Positions 11,836 through 25,432 are shown, counted from the whole stretch's first letter. The stretch is DNA of 63,533 nucleotides, filler included, from Atractiella rhizophila (GCA_021432655.1; 28 parts of 28 records of this genome joined end to end with filler, not necessarily neighbours in it), one strand, 5' to 3'. Notes: a model not told the origin generated them from the letters alone. Program-made: numbers and translations.

Positions 11836-13842
11836 AGATGGTACGCACATTCACGGGTTTCAGTATTTAATCCGACGACAACTTAGGGTCGCTCGAAAGC
11901 CACTAATTAGATTGGGAGACGGCAGATTGCACGACCCCAACTTGCACCCCCATTATGAAGAAGAAGATGCCAGACTCTACCCTTGGACGGCTTCAAACGT
12001 TCCTAGATCCAACATTGAGCAGATTGATCAGCAGATTGAGACCAACCTTACCAACAAATGGGAGGCACAGGCCCAAAGGAATCCTGCCACTGGAAACAAA
12101 TTCGGTTTCCGAGAAGGAGTTGAGCCTGTCTACGGACCTGAAAGGCCTCGTAGTCAGCTTCACAGTAAGTAGCACACTATTGTGATGCCCTCAGGGTTGA
12201 AGTTTTGTAGAACGAACAATTGTACAGAAAAACATCATACTATTTCCCAGGCTGGGCCGCTGGGGTTGAAGAAAAAGGTGTGGATCAGTCAAATTGTATC
12301 CATGCAGATATCCTATGAGTTTGGATGACAATCTGGGAGAGCAATATTATTGAGTAATCACAATTGATGAACAATCGCAACCAACCAACAGCAAGCACAG
12401 CGTTTGTCAAGGTACAATTTACTTCGAAAATGAGCTTCTTTGGAATCGTTTTGAAAAACAGGGCGGATTTTGAGTGGTTGGTTGAGGGTGAGTCATGATG
12501 GCATCTGAAAGATGCACTTGCTGGTTGTGCATCAATTTCTCATGCATTACGACTGACAAAATGCACTCTATTGTACTTAAAGCGTTAGATCGAATGCCTT
12601 ACAAAGACCTCTGAAAAGCTAGCTTCAGTAATATCCTTGTGACTTCAAGCAAGCGGCATCAATACACCGTAAGGTATATTCCAATGTACAAGTCAAAAGC
12701 TGATACCTTCGATTTCAAGGATAGTCTTTAGTTCGATAAAAGCGAATGCAATCCACCCGTATTTAGGTTCTTTGGTACCGTTCAAACTTTGATCATTCTG
12801 TCCTAGAGCAGACCGGTTTGAAGACGTTTGGAGCAAAACAAGTCCGCAGAATTGCATTGGCCGCTGCATTTCCTGAATTTTACACAACGAAAGAAGTGGA
12901 CGCTTTGCATAGCTTGCTAGACCAAAACTACACAGCCGTCTGCTGGCGATTAGGAGGCGACAACCGAGAACCTCACCGTCACCAATACGGCTGGAAGTTA
13001 CGTGCAGGGAATTACGCTGCGGTACGATGGGCAGGCTCTCAACTACAGGATCCAACCGACATCACCCCGTGGTGGGCAGGCAACACAATGTCTTGCTTAC
13101 TAGTCGCCAGAAGATTATAATTGGCACATGCGTAATTGTTCGGAGCTCTACCTTATTATCAATGTCGTAACCGGGGCTTTTGACACAAAATTCGCGCGTT
13201 AACAAGCCTCAAAATGATGGAAACTTTGGCACACTATGTCTGTGGAACTTGAAAACGTCACGTGACCACGACACAAAACATGGGGCGATCAACGTCATCT
13301 TGAAGCAATGACTTGAATCCTGCCCAGCGCAGGATTGAAAGCCATCACCTGCAGGCTGATAAAACTTCATTACCAAACTCCACTCTAAAACGTGAATTGA
13401 GCTTGATAAGAAGGACCATGTAGTCATTGACTTCGGAGCTCACGGACTTGGGTGCTCTGCCCGAGTGTAGATATTTCAGCGAAACTTCACTTGAATCACA
13501 CCAAAACAATCCGACAATTACAAAAGAGAGAAAACGGACCGTCAACCGATGTTCTGTGCAGAAAGGCTCTACCCTCTGACACGCCCAGCCTACTAAATCA
13601 CATATATCATATCCTGACGGTTGAGCAATGCCTTCCGTTCTTGTCCCCATCAATATGCATCAATAAGAGCTTATTGTAATGACTCAGTGTCAAATTCTAA
13701 GGGAACTCAATATTGAATGTTGGACGTTGTCCCCTGTATACCAAATTGCTGGTTACTGAGCGTACTGAGCCGTCAGAAGCCTGCTAAACGATTTATCAGA
13801 GCTTGGTGCACATGCCGCTGCGCGTCTCGTCATGGACGAAAA
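11836..13842 (+). repeat. Second copy (allele or recent duplicate) of the contig-1 pseudogene
   Basis: Reverse complement of 244..2238 with few SNPs and a 12-bp insertion. Confidence 0.97.
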
Positions 13843-15520
13843 NNNNNNNNNNNNNNNNNNNNNNNNNNNNNNNNNNNNNNNNNNNNTTAATTAATTAANN
13901 NNNNNNNNNNNNNNNNNNNNNNNNNNNNNNNNNNNNNNNNNNTGTTGGTAAGGATTTCTCCTTTTCAAAAGATATCCAGGTGTAGGGAGGGTGAGCCAGA
14001 GCTGGTTGATGGCCGTTCTTTGAAGCGCCATTTAAAGACGAGTTCGCTTCTTGTAAAGCGCCTCAGACGGAGACGCCTCACGTTTAGGGCATCAAAACGG
14101 GAGCGTCGTATTCCTAAAACGCTTAGCCGTTCACCCAGCCCCCTGGGAGTTAGGCTGACGTGGTGCGGGCTCCGTCGAACCAGTCCACGATGGCGAGACT
14201 GGCCCTCTGGAATCCGGTCAGCGCAGCTCCTCAAAACCGCGAACTTCTGTTCAAGGACGCATCCGGCCGGCATCTTCTATTACACACTGCAAGGATTTCA
14301 TTCTCCATAAAAGCCAACCTGACAATAGAATGTGACAAAGCAAAAGGCGCTGATGGCGCCAGCGTGCCATGCAATAGCAATGACAAAAATTCAGGGACAA
14401 GTGTAGCCCGCGCTCCGATGACCGCAATCCCAACCCTCACCTAAACATGCGACGCACTGCTAAAGTGACTGTCCTTGGCTCTTTCCTTCCTTAAGACTTG
14501 AATTGGCCGCGAACAGCCTGGTTGAGTTAGCCGGACACTGAGAACGGTAAAAAAAAAAATCGAGACCGGACGGTTGGGCCAAAATTCAAAAATGAGGAGG
14601 CAAATGAGGTTTAAAAGCTAAATGCACCTTGCCATCCCCAAACACTCTTTAAGACCTGTCGGATCCAGCAAGGTGAGAGAAATGAGATATGGAGTGCCGA
14701 GCCAACCCTGGAAGACTCGCGGAGAGCAATCCGTCAAGCAATGGGCACCAATGTACCAACGGGGCTAAGTGTGAGCCATGCGAACGGCTGGATTGAAGCT
14801 CAAAAGGTTCAATTTCCCTTGGTAACCAAGAGTTGATTTGCATATTTCAACGCTGGTTTTAAGCCTCTCAGCTCCCTCGGCCGAATATTACACCCTTTAT
14901 CATTGCTGACAACTATGTCAGATGGGTCGACAACCACTAACCCGCTCGCACGGCTAAAGTCAGTCAAAGCCCAGAGTCCTAGACTACGACTTCTAAGGAG
15001 TGCTCAGGTAGTGATGTTGGTTCTTGGGAAGAGTTTGTATTACGAAAACTGTTGATTCGTCTCAATGGTCGTGCTCAACGTATGCAACAATGAAGGTAAC
15101 ATGCGAGATAAGATCGCGGACCATCTCATACAAATCCTGCGTGGTAACCCTCTACTACTAAGGCAGCAAGGGTTACCATACGGACAAAGGGTTCGGAACG
15201 CTCAGACCTTAAGCACAGAGCGTTGAACCGGGGCAAATAGTTCCGCCGAGATCATGGTCATCAGCAAGCGAGGGCCACGATGACATCAAACTTGGTACAG
15301 TTAGGTGTGTAGCATCGAGGACGTGTTGAAAATCTCTCACGCTTGCGTCGAAGGGAGCTCCTGATTGGGCTTCGGTAGTTCGATAAGCGGGAGAAGGGAG
15401 ATGCAACATATCAGTGTTTTCGTTTTTGAGGAAGGCAAAGTGGGTTGATGTGGTGGAACGATCACTTAAAAGTGCCAACCCCTCCGTAACAATTTCCTTG
15501 GGCCAGTATTTTCGTTGTAT

Positions 15521-15720
15521 CATACTAATTATCATTATAATTATAATAATTAATAATAACAATAATAATATGTTACCTAAATAAATCATATATTTTATAT
15601 TTCATTTAAAATATGTCTTTTATAATAATATTTATTTAATGGTAAGAATATCATTGATACATTCTACTATAACAAAATTAGGTAATACTCTTAAATACGG
15701 CGTGAGAGAATTATTAACTG
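15521..15720. other. AT-rich island, candidate mitochondrial insertion (NUMT) or other foreign DNA
   Basis: Hand count gives 34 G+C in 200 bp (about 17%), with abrupt edges in ordinary-GC flanks. Confidence 0.5.
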
Positions 15721-16286
15721 ATCAGGATCAGTCCATTTGATGCTTCATCGATATCAACAGCATGAAAAATCAAGAATGTGGGTTGTCTTCCTCACTTACA
15801 CCGAACGGGACACTCCCAATGGCTGTAACCTTCTCACTAAAGCATCAAAGGAAGGGTTTCAGACTTTGTTCCAGTCGAGTGCGCTTATTACAGCGAGGAT
15901 TACCACAACCTTCCAGGAGTCGCCAATGATTCAATGTACGTCAACAACGAGCTGAGGACCAGCAGCCGAATCGGGCAATCCCAACACGACCGAACACTTG
16001 GCTACACTATGAACTCACATTCCAAATATTTGCTCTCACGTCCCTCGAGTTTCCCTCGTCGATAACAACTCTGCATGATGCGATGGGCAATCCCCATCAA
16101 TTCCTTCACTTATAAACCACCCAGAGCGCCTCCCAAAGAGCCCTCACCATCACCANNNNNNNNNNNNNNNNNNNNNNNNNNNNNNNNNNNNNNNNNNNNT
16201 TAATTAATTAANNNNNNNNNNNNNNNNNNNNNNNNNNNNNNNNNNNNNNNNNNNNTAGGATCTGACCGTCACGAAATTCTGTACAG

Positions 16287-18457
16287 GACATTCTTTCCCG
16301 TTCAACCCAAGGTTTCGGCATCTATTGGTCTGTCCCATTTCTACTCACGCGTTCTCCTCCCAAAATTGACGCGCTCTGTTTCGGTGTTTAGGCTTGCGGC
16401 GACTCTTGGTGCACGGTCTCAATTACGAAGATTGACGAAGAAGGAACTGTTGAGCGCTTCCATCACGAGTGCATGGTCTGTCTTCCCTTTATTTGAACCA
16501 TTAGGGCTTTGAAATTGACGAGTTGGTGGAGTGAACAGTGCAAAGCTTGCAGCACCCACGGAACCGCTCGCGCTCAGGCTTAGTGCCAGCCTGCTCATGG
16601 GCATTGCGAGAGTGTACGGCCAACAGTGGACGCTTTGGATCGCAGACTGCGAAGCTTTGAAGTCTTCGTTGAAGCGTGCTGTACATGTAGCCACGATGTT
16701 TGTCTTTCTTCATCTGGTTCTTTTTCTACGTTGATGCGATTATGAATGACATAGAGAAGAGAAGGGAAAGGAAGGGTTGGATATGCCCCATCCTCAAGCT
16801 AGAAAAGAGGCGATTACGAGAGGAGAGGCGTTCGAAGTGGGAGATTACGCAGGATGGGTACGAGCAATCATTCACCCATCTTCTTTACAATGGTAACCTC
16901 TGACCACCGATAGACGTATGATCCTTACGCTTGGTTCCTCGTGAAGCAACAATGGACGGGTCGGGCAACTCCTGTTGATGATGAAGGAGAAGAGGGATGG
17001 TTTGGTTTGTAAAATTGGATTTTGTTATCAGTGCTTATGTATGGGGTAGAACCGTATGCCCCTTCTGAGGCACCACCATCGACTGTAGAACAGAAGCGCG
17101 CAGCTGAAAGCGGCAAGAGGAAGAGGCGACCAACAACCGTGGCTAGTAACGAAGAGATCAGTCTGCGAGAGGAAGACCTAAACTACAATTATTCCGTTTG
17201 TTTCCCCAAACTCTTAAGTCATGGATGTATTGAAGTTGTATGTAGCAAGATAGGGAGGACGATGCGTTGAGAATGGAAGACCTTGGTCTCGAAGGTGACA
17301 TGGGATGGGAAGGCAGGGTCCGTTTCATTCCTGTTCCCCTCTTAGGCCTCGTCGTTCGTTAACAGAGAGAATCTCCACAATGTCTAGGGTCTCCTCGCCG
17401 GTCTCGATGCGGAGCTTGACGCGCAACTGGGAATCCTTGACGAAGCGGAGCAGCAGATGCCGATGGACGAGGGAGGGTTTGCACTGGATCAGCAAGGAGA
17501 TGTGAGTTTTGCAACGGATGGGGGAATGGATTTTGGGATGGGTTTCGATATCGGTGTTCCTGGGTAGGAACTTTTAGGTTCATCCGAGCCGTATTAAATG
17601 AAGAAGTAGCACGGGAAGTTTGAGCGGAAGTGGAGTTGTGCCATTGGGGATGGATGAGACGCAAGCGCTTGCCGCAAAAGACCCGCAAGGCGAAGGAATG
17701 AGTGCCGGAGATGCAAAGGCGAGGAAGAGGAGACGTGCAGAATCAGCCTTCGTAATCTCCTTTTCTTCTGTCCCCGTTCAAACTGATTGGAGCTGGGCAG
17801 GAAGAAGAAGTGGTTCAACTTCCTACCCCGAAGGAGTGGAAAAAGAGAGCTCGACGAACTTTCCATCTCGATCGAGCGACCAGCCTAGCATCCGCTGAGG
17901 TCGGCGGATTGGAGAGTTATAGGGAATTGATGGAACAGGAGAGAGATGAGAGGCAAGAAAGAGAGAAAAGGAGGGAGGGAGAAGAACTTGCAAGGAAGCT
18001 TGTTTTAGGTTCCCACAGCCTTTTTGATGTCGAAGGTGCTTTTCATTTCACAATCGGTCATGAGCTGATGTGACGGTTACAGGCGCAGGGGGAGAGCTTG
18101 ACAATTGTTCGTTAGCCTAACCTTTCTGTCTCGGTCATTGACGGTGTTCCCAGTCTTCAAGGATAGCGTCGACGCAATTTGTTCGTTCTCATTCATGTCC
18201 CCACAGATTCCTTACACCCTTCGTAGTGAAAGCCAGGCGGGAGGCTCGCCAGGGTTTCGAAGACTCGCCGTCAAGGTCCATTACCCGCTCCCAACGACGC
18301 GGTCGCCCTCGTATCCAGATAACTTCTCCTTTTCCCAGCTCACGTCCTTCTCCTCGAGACATCCCTCCATTTGACCCACAATTAATGGATGTCGACTTTC
18401 CTTCTGTCGCTACTGGGGTGATGGGAGACTTTCAGTTTAACGATCAACTCCCTGCGA
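16287..18457 (+). CDS. REC8: Meiotic cohesin kleisin Rec8 (Rad21/Rec8 family), partial
   Basis: Spliced N-terminal kleisin domain DILSRSTQGFGIYW/LAATLGARSQLRRLTKKELLSASITSAC...PTEPLALRLSASLLMGIARVYGQQ. It diverges from the canonical Rad21 LRLSGQLLLGVVRIY, which favours Rec8. Confidence 0.8.
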
Positions 18458-18789
18458 NNNNNNNNNNNNNNNNNNNNNNNNNNNNNNNNNNNNNNNNNNN
18501 NTTAATTAATTAANNNNNNNNNNNNNNNNNNNNNNNNNNNNNNNNNNNNNNNNNNNNTGTGTTGTTCTCGGTTCATCCTGCCATCTCAGTTGAGTGGTCA
18601 TTACTTGTTCTAGAATATTCTTACTTGGTCTCGTGTTTTCTGGTTTCTCACTATCTTACTTTTTCTTGAATGTTCTAGAATAATGTTTCTACAAGTATAT
18701 AAAGACTCAAAAAGGCGAAATAATAATCATTGCAATTCCACAATAACAACAAGCCTTCTTGAAAACATCAACCGCTTGTTGCTTTACAT

Positions 18790-19030
18790 CTGATCACTTG
18801 TTGAAGAAAGCAGCTCGATGGAGCTGCTGACAATGACAGCGTGTTATTTCCATGAATGCAGAAGATAAGGGAGTGTATGTGCCAGTAGTAATGATGTAGA
18901 CCTTATGGGAACAAGAGGGAAAGTGGTACTTGTTCAGCTTTTCAATTGCTCTATCCATTGAAGAGTTCTTTCTAGGGATGTATAAGCAGACAGCACATCA
19001 CCAGAGCAATGCATCAAGAGCCTGTACACA
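18790..19030 (-). mobile_element. Probable hAT transposase fragment
   Basis: Minus strand reads DRAIEKLNKYHFPSCSHKVYIITT, resembling the hAT KL.KYY...Y.IA block. Heavily decayed. Confidence 0.35.
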
Positions 19031-19859
19031 AGAACATCAGAAAGGAACTGTTAATTATGACAATTGCCTAGAAAGAGGCACAATATACTTTCTGAAGTCG
19101 CTTCGCTCTCACAAAGACCTTGTACTCCAGTGTGTCTTGTTGTACTCCAAATGCAGACAGCCCAAATCAGCCTGTTGGACGTGCGAGCTTTTGAGCGAAA
19201 CGAAATAGTGTTGTACGAGGACGATTGTGATTACGGAGTGGACAAAATTTCAATGTGGTGTTAAGGTGTTATTGCAATCCTTCTGCAGAGCTTGAGCTGC
19301 TATTTAAACATGGAAGGACATCAGACAAGGATTGGATGTGAACTCAAAAACTTGCAATCAAGTCTTCCGACAACGGAAGCACAGTTTAAGCGCCTTCAAC
19401 GTGACAATCAGGTGGAGAGGATCGACGTGGGTGTAAATAATTAGTCCCCTCCTTCAATCAAAGTAATTGATGAACTCAAATCGTTTGCTGTCGCACAATT
19501 GCTTAGACCTGATGCTTCTTCAACTTCGGATATTGAAGACACTATTTTCAACACCGCTAGCTCAATCACCCTTCCCTCTGTGGAGACCATGTCTGCCAGT
19601 TTGCAAGACACTGCAGTTTATTGGCCTCCAAAAAAGAGCCCAGCCAAGATGTTTGCTACCACAGAGATTTTCAGAGCTCTTTCAGGCCCAATCATCCTGG
19701 AAGCCTTCAAGGAGGATATTATGGAATTATCCCCAATGGTCAACCTCCTTCTCCTCCTCTTCCTTGGAGAGCACCCATCTAAGTTGAATATGTCAGTCCG
19801 AGAGACTTCAGCCCTGCCTTCACCAAAGCCTCACTCATCTATCGCATCATGATGTACAA

Positions 19860-20628
19860 GATTGACACCTCAGAACCCAATGGTTGGAAGATCTTAGCAG
19901 TCCTCAACTATGATCCTTAGACAGGAAGACACCACCCAATTGGAAGACCTATCTATTGGCTAACCCTTGAGGATTTACACAGGCAACCCGCTTGTAGGAA
20001 ACTACTTGTAGCTATGAAAGCTACTAGGAAGTTTTTGAAGGCTTTTGATGCTGCCAGACACTAAACATCAGAAAATTTCCTTCTCTTTCTAAAGGATATA
20101 GCAAACAACTTGTACTTATATTGCTAGACTGAGAGAACCCCTTGTATTTATATTTCTCAAGCAAAGAACTTGTATGATACAAAGGCACTAGATCAATAAG
20201 AACAATTGAACACTGTTCATGAAAGAAGATAGTACAGTGCCACATTCCCTACAGGTTCATTTCTAAACCAGGCTTGAGGACAAGACTTGCTTTCAAGGAG
20301 GGGAAGTTGTAATGGTTAGGCCACATACATTATAGGAGATACTAGGACCTTCTGGAACCTCTTAGAACAGTCTAGAATATTACTCTGGAATATGGTAGAA
20401 CAGTCTAGAACATTCTCTGAATAACCTTAACTGCCATTGGCCAGAGTATCTGGAATATTCTGGAACAATTCCATAACCACATAAAAGGAGCTCAAACGAG
20501 TAAGGATTCCCAATATTCCAACAACTCTACTCCTTCAGCACATTCCAGAGACTGGATCAACACCTCCACAACCAACCCTTCTAACCTCTTGTATACATTT
20601 CATCTTATAGTACTTCTTCAGAATAACA
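19860..20628 (+). mobile_element. Ty3/gypsy LTR retrotransposon 3' end: decayed internal region, PPT and 3' LTR
   Basis: CTTGAGGACAAG...(LEDK.FQGGE) ends in polypurine tract AAGGAGGGGAAG (20295..20306), followed by TGTAATGG at 20308. The LTR is rich in TCTAGAA/TCTGGAA motifs and its probable end is ...ATAACA at 20628. Confidence 0.75.
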
Positions 20629-20856
20629 TAAGGATGACCAACAACCAAGGACATTAAGTCTTATGTCTAGCTTACAAAAGGATTATTGTTTAAACTTAGT
20701 GTGAAAGAGATCAAAGGACATAAACTTTGTAAAGTCTAGTTGTGAAACCTTCTAACNNNNNNNNNNNNNNNNNNNNNNNNNNNNNNNNNNNNNNNNNNNN
20801 TTAATTAATTAANNNNNNNNNNNNNNNNNNNNNNNNNNNNNNNNNNNNNNNNNNNN

Positions 20857-21696
20857 CTCTGCTTCTTACCTCAATACGCCAGTCAAATCCACCACCCCCC
20901 TCCCCTCCTTCTCCACGCCACAACAAAATTCATCAATTTCCTCTTTCTCTACTCCAGGTTCGACATTCGTCCATCCTCCAAGCACTCCCCAGTTACAATT
21001 CTCGACGCCTCAATCAAAGGCACAGCCTCAAACTGCAAAAAAGCAGCCACAAGAGGAGTTCTATACCCACAACTTGCCTCCTAACGTGCGGCCTTACGCG
21101 CCAGAGATCGCTTCCAAAGCGCGGGTCAACATCCTTGTGTCTGCCCTGCTTTGCGTTGGGTGGAACTACCTTCCCTCTCCGTGGTCAAACAATGTGTACG
21201 TTCTTTCGCTTTTCCGTAAAGGTTCTAGCACTGACGTATGATGTATAAAAGGTGGATCAAGTCTTTCCTCCTCGCTTTCCTCCTTCTCACAACCTACAAC
21301 TCCCTCGCCTCCCTCTTCTATCTCTACGGTCCCCAATCCAACTCCAGCTCCAGCCCCACGAACAGCGTCCGTATCCGGCGGGACCCTCGTTCGTTCTCGC
21401 CATCCAAAGCGTCTTCACCTAGGCTTGCGGCCCAAAAGAACAAATACGATTCTCCACGTCCGCTGGATTATAGATTAGAATCCCCTGCGAGAGGAGGAGG
21501 AATGGGCCTCAAAGTAGGAGGAGACATCATCCCTCTCCCTGCCTCCCCCAGTCCTAATAAGACTGGGGCTGTTGGTGGAGCTGGAAGCGTGAACAGATAC
21601 ATGGGGACTCCAATGGGCAGGAGGGAAGACGCTGCGGTGGGGAGCCCGCTAGGTAATTGGAGGGCGAGGAGGGTGGTCAGCAGTGGCGGACGATGA
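20857..21696 (+). CDS. Membrane protein with two adjacent TM segments and SP-rich disordered flanks (possibly nuclear-envelope/Pom34-like), 5'-truncated
   Basis: Exon 1 ...RVNILVSALLCVGWNYLPSPW, then an intron, then WIKSFLLAFLLLTTYNSLASLFYLY followed by an SP-rich tail. The family guess is from architecture only. Confidence 0.5.
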
Positions 21697-21918
21697 GATA
21701 TAGATGCGCCGCAGAACCACAGCTTTGGATGGATGTACGTTTTGAATGACTGGTTCAATGACTGTTACGATTTTTACATGACTAACTAATGTCCATAACC
21801 AAGTTTTAGCCATAAAGAAAGGTGACACGAATAAAGAAGAGGAGCAGTCAGGATACTCTGAAATCGAATGGGTATCTCGATGACCTTCAATGGTGGAAGG
21901 TACGCTGAGGAAGGACCG

Positions 21919-23028
21919 TCAAGCCCTCTTCATCAGCCAGTTGAGGGTGATATCGATATTCTTCTGACTCTTACAGCTAATGCCTGTACCCATGATTAGC
22001 AAAACATCTCTAGCTGGACAAGAAAGGAAGGGGAAAGTACTGTAACAGCTAATCTCCCTATCTGTGACTCGTCCCAGTTCCCTGTCGCCCCAAATCCAAA
22101 GCAACATCAATATCCACTCCAAGGGAAGCAAGTCATGTTATTATCATCTGAAAACGACGTACAGTCCGTCGATAATTTCCTTCGTCCCCAAAGCTCCTTC
22201 AAGATCGTTCTTATTCCCCAGCACAAGTGTCGGTACTCCTTTCATCGCTTCCGACTCAATAAGTGCTGTGAACTCCCGATGAGACTCTGGGAGGAGATCG
22301 GGTCGAGAGGCGTCCAGGAGGAATCTGTCGCGCTTAACATCAGCCTGTGACGTGACTGAGCGTGTGAGACGAACACGACCGCAGACACTCCGCGACAGTA
22401 GCGCTCCCACATTGAGCGGAACCGTGGTTGCCCCTATCCATCCAGCAGAATTGGTCAGAACACTTCCTGGTTCGCGAGCACAGAAAGAGCGGGAGACGGA
22501 GAGAGATAGAGAACCACAAACCCCAATGTCCCACAACTTGATGGTGACGCTGCCTTTGGTAACTAGCATTCCGCTCAGTTTCATCCATTCTTCTAGATAA
22601 GAAGAAACGATGAAAAGTACCTTTGCGCATGTTGAATCCCTATCACAGAGGTGTTAGGCAAAGCGCAGAGGGAAAATCATTAAGTGCACGGACGACGGTC
22701 GGGATCATCTCTTCAGAGAATTGACCGTTCTGCAATAACAAGACTCATTAAATTTATCAGTCTTCGAGGAGAAATAGAAAACCCACAGCAAGTACGTTCA
22801 CTTATGTTTCCAAATTTTAAAAGTCAGCTAACTTCACCACCCCTAAGTACATAAAACGAACCCAGTGATGTCTTTCGCCATGTTTAGGTCAGCGTACGGC
22901 AGCAAGAAAACAACGGGTGGGATACTTACCTTCCCAGAATTCTGTAAGCCAACTAAGGTGATCTCTAGCTCTTTGGTGAAGAAGAGCGATTTGAGCCAAT
23001 TGAGGAAGGATGTTATGAGAGAAGTCAT
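21919..23028 (-). CDS. ARL8: ADP-ribosylation factor-like GTPase Arl8
   Basis: Reconstructed [89 protein letters not shown]...VLGNKNDL...[29 protein letters not shown] is the Arl8 signature. Confidence 0.95.
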
Positions 23029-23639
23029 GGTTGCTCAAAATGCCAANNNNNNNNNNNNNNNNNNNNNNNNNNNNNNNNNNNNNNNNNNNNTTAATTAATT
23101 AANNNNNNNNNNNNNNNNNNNNNNNNNNNNNNNNNNNNNNNNNNNNTTCGGAACGAAATACCCTGTAGACCGTGTTTCCAGGTGTTTCCAGTCAGTGTAC
23201 TGTTGTCTAATATCTATAGCACTGCGAGGTACTTAATGACATCCATTTCAATGCTACTTTGGGGTTAACACCTGCTTACGGACAAGCTAATCGATTTTGA
23301 TACTGTTAATGGAAACGATTCAAGCGCCGAACTTGAAATAAAGAACGAAGCTTGGTATAAAAGATATAAGACGATTGTGACGAAAAAATTACATAAGCGA
23401 CCAAACACAGACGAGGAGTCGACCACAGAGGCATTAAGTAGGACGTCGGTTAAAAGATGCAATATGAGCGATGATGCCACGAAGGAAGGACCCAAAAATG
23501 AAGGAGAGAGCACAACGAAGGGAGTACGGATGAGATTGCTAACTTGTTAGCACTGATCATGCAAAGACTGTCTTCCAGCCGATCTTGAGACGACAGTCAG
23601 GTTTGAAACGAGGAAATGAGAGCCCTCAGAGTACTGCTC

Positions 23640-24714
23640 TCACAGACCTCGAACGTCATAAGGGAACTTCAAAGCCTTTGGCTTTTTCTCTTCATGACAC
23701 TTTCCCTCCTGCTTTACCCTCATGGGAACAGTAGCAAGCATCGTCTTAATGGAAGGAAGGAAGACGGAAGAAGCTGAAGAAGAGGCACTAGATCTCCTTG
23801 ACGAAGTGGAGGATATTGAAGAGGAGGAAGAATAAGCGGAAAGAGGAGCAGGAGCAGTTAGAAACAGCGCCTGAGCTTGAGGCGGGAACACGACGGGATA
23901 GGGAACTTGGGGCTCGTGCGGTTCGTCTTCGATAAGTGGCACGTCGGTTGGATGACGAGGGATGTAGCCCATGTCTGACAACAGAAAGAACACTGAATCA
24001 CCATGGCCGCGCGAGGATAATAAGGAGAAAACACACGGCTTGGGAGAACAAAAGGTGGTCGCGGCCCCAACGGACCAGTTCGACTAACAACGTGGGCGTT
24101 TCGTCCTCCTTCGACTTCTTCACATGGCGTACCGAGGACATAACATCGTTCGCATGGGCGAAAATCCTTTGCGATCAAGCTTTCCGTCAGACATAGCTTT
24201 CAGGAGGCGAGAGGCCACACGTACGGAGCAACGCTTACACGCCTGCAGGATCGATGGCTACATCAGCGTGACGAAAATGACAATTGATGATGCACACCTT
24301 CTTGCAACCCTTGCAAGCTCGCTTTACTTGTTTCCGTTTATGGTGTTGATTGTATCCGTTTTCCTTCACAACTGCCTCCTTTCTTCCCTTCCAAAATCGA
24401 GGGGACACATCCACGATCTTTCCGCGCTCATCTCGAAAGATGGGACGACCATTCTTCAAGCCTTCGAACTTAACATAAATCGCGTTCTCTGGGACGTTTG
24501 CAGGGCGAGCTGGATGTTTCTTTCCGGCGGTCTGGCGAGGGAGACCAGTCGTCACAGGAGATGAAGGACGCGATGGCTCGATGTCCGTTGCAGATAGGAG
24601 CTCGTCTTCTTCTTCACTGATCGCGTGAGCAGGAGATGGAAGAAAGACATCCACCGTTGCTGGAGGTTGAACGGAGGACTGTATGGTGACGAAAGAGTGC
24701 TGGTGGCGCTCCAT
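23640..24714 (-). CDS. Zn(II)2Cys6 binuclear cluster transcription factor
   Basis: KRKQVKRACKGCKK / ACRRCS / RPCERCYVLGTPCEE gives six Cys split over introns. Confidence 0.85.
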
Positions 24715-25432
24715 GATGAGATGATTTGATGGGCGGACGAATCGGGAGAGATGAGCTAGAAGAGGTTCTTATACCAATGACCGTATTCGTGCCACAACGA
24801 ACACCAACCAAAAGTTTCCTGACCGTTCTGAGATCTCACGACACTGAAAAGCTTCCGCAATTTTACAAAGCTACCGATCGTGTGGGCACGAAGGAATAGA
24901 TAAGTTTGAAAGTTGATCAATGCCAGATGCAATTATTCCGTCTATTACCGTCCTTCAGTGCGATTGCACAGGAATGCAAACAGCAGTAAAACAAAGAGGA
25001 CCAGAATCACAGCTATGCAGCGTGGTTCCCTCACGCTCCCAGGTCCCCTTCTTTCTCAGGGCATCGGACCAGGAAAGGTAATAAGCATGAGAACATCGAT
25101 CAAGAAAGGCATTCCAAGATGGCCTCCAACCCACAAACACTATTTAAAACTCAGTTTCAAGCTCGCAAGCTTCGATATTCTGAACTTCTGGGGTCCAGTT
25201 TAGCCACAAACGGTTGAGGCAAGCTAGAGCGGAGTTGGAACCTAAGTTGGAACGCTTGGAAGGGAGAGACTAGATTAACGCGATTGATAAAGTAATGGAG
25301 CACGAGCATGTACCAAGTGATCGCTCCGTGACNNNNNNNNNNNNNNNNNNNNNNNNNNNNNNNNNNNNNNNNNNNNTTAATTAATTAANNNNNNNNNNNN
25401 NNNNNNNNNNNNNNNNNNNNNNNNNNNNNNNN

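Noticed and set aside
244..13842. Giant 2-kb inverted repeat flanking about 9.6 kb (composite transposon or Starship-like)
   Set aside because: The copies are on separate contigs whose order and orientation are arbitrary.
13945..14444. Arg-rich ORFs on both strands
   Set aside because: No recognisable motif or exon structure, so probably chance ORFs in GC-richer DNA.
15142..15178. 10-bp hairpin TGGTAACCCT...AGGGTTACCA as a Helitron 3' end
   Set aside because: No CTRR terminus follows at the expected distance.
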